Of a DNA stretch of 64,000 nt, positions 62,765 through 64,000 are shown piece after piece; position 1 is the first letter of the stretch, and each line of letters begins with the position of its first letter. Below the pieces are notes generated by a model that saw only the letters and a program-made list of their open reading frames with translations, did not search any database and was not told the DNA's origin. This DNA is from Mobula hypostoma (lineage: Eukaryota). Both the position numbers and the translations under genes were made by a program. The stretch is from the NCBI RefSeq assembly GCF_963921235.1, contig NC_086103.1, positions 72,850,001 to 72,914,000 on the forward strand, given 5' to 3'.

Positions 62765-64000
62765 TAGAAACAGAGAAACATAGAAAACATACAGCACAAT
62801 ACAGGCCCTTCCGCCCACAAAGCTGTGCCGAACATGTCCCTACCTTAGAACTACCTAGGCTTTACCCATAGCCCTCTATTAATCTCCATGTAACCATCCA
62901 GGAGTCCTTTACAAGACCCTATCGTTTCCGCCTCCACCACCGCCACTGGCAGCCCATGCCACGCACTCACCACTCTGTGTGTAAAAAACTTACCCCTGAC
63001 ATCTCCTCTGTACCTACTTGCAAGCACCTTAAAAGTATGCCCTCTCATGCTAGCCAATTCAGCCCTGGGGAAAAGCCTCTGACTATCCACACAATCAATG
63101 CCTCTCATTATCTTGTACACCTCTATCAAGTCACCACTCATCTTCCGTCACTCCAAGGAGAAAAGGCCGAGTTCACTCAACCTATTCTCATAAGGAAAGC
63201 TCCCCAATCAAGGCAACATCCTTGTAAATCTCCTCTGACCCCTTTTTATGGCTTCCACATCCTTCCTATTGTGAGGTGACCAGAACTGAGCACAGTACCC
63301 CAAGTGGGGTCTGACCAGGGTCCTATATAGCTACAACATTACCTCTCGGCTCTTAAACTCAATCCCACAACTGATGAAGGCCAATGCACCATATGCCTTC
63401 TTAACCACAGCGTCAACCTGCATAGAAGCTTTGAGTGTCCTATGGACTTGGACCCCAAGATCCCTCTGATCCTCCACACTGCAAACAGTCTTACCGTTAA
63501 TACTATATTCTGCCATCATGTTTGACCTACCAAAATGAACCACCTCACACTTATCTGGATTGACCTCCATCTACCACTTCTCAGCCCAGTTTTGCCTCCT
63601 ATCAATGTCCTGTTGTAACATCTGACAGCCCTTCACACTATCCACAACACCTCCAACCTTTGTGTCATTAGCAAACTTACTAACCCAACCCTCCACTTCC
63701 TCATCTAGGTCATGTATAAAAATCACAAAGAGTAGGGGTCCCAGAACAAATCCCTGAGGCACACCACTGGTCACTGGCGTCCGTGCAGAATATGACCCAT
63801 CTACAACCACTCTTTGCCTTCTGTGGGCAAGCCAGTTCTGGATCCACAAAGCAATGTCCCCTTGGATCCCATACCTCCTTACTTTCTCAATAAGCCTTGC
63901 ATGGGGTACCTTATCAACAGCCTTGCTAAAATCCATATACACAACATTTACGGCTCTACCTTCATCAATGTGTTTAGTCACATCCTCAAAAAACTCAATC
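62765..64000 (-). mobile_element. CR1 RT/3' fragment
   Basis: ORFs 62851..63141, 63331..63570, 63571..63981 with CR1 RT motifs. Confidence 0.92.

Overview
Eukaryotic (vertebrate) genomic DNA, most likely a cartilaginous fish (inferred from the CR1/Penelope/V-SINE-like repeat spectrum). Most of the window is retroelement debris, often nested: CR1, RTE, L1, Penelope-like elements with hammerhead motifs, and Gypsy LTR elements. Embedded in it is a tandem array of three TIM-family (HAVCR1/TIMD4-like) gene units on the + strand. Each unit has a 52-nt leader exon (ATG at 27632, 37910, 59224) and an intact 348-nt phase-1/phase-1 six-cysteine IgV exon (28363-28710, 38666-39013, 59742-60089). A truncated fourth IgV copy (28766-29019) has been patched in behind copy 1. 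The two complete repeat units show no recognisable mucin, transmembrane or cytoplasmic exon, only a candidate 27-nt micro-exon. The IgV copies are near-identical in framework but differ sharply in the CC' and FG ligand-binding loops. This suggests a diversifying array of TIM leader-V cassettes, either secreted or spliced to shared downstream exons. All alignments and counts were done by eye; TE boundaries without a stated TSD are approximate.
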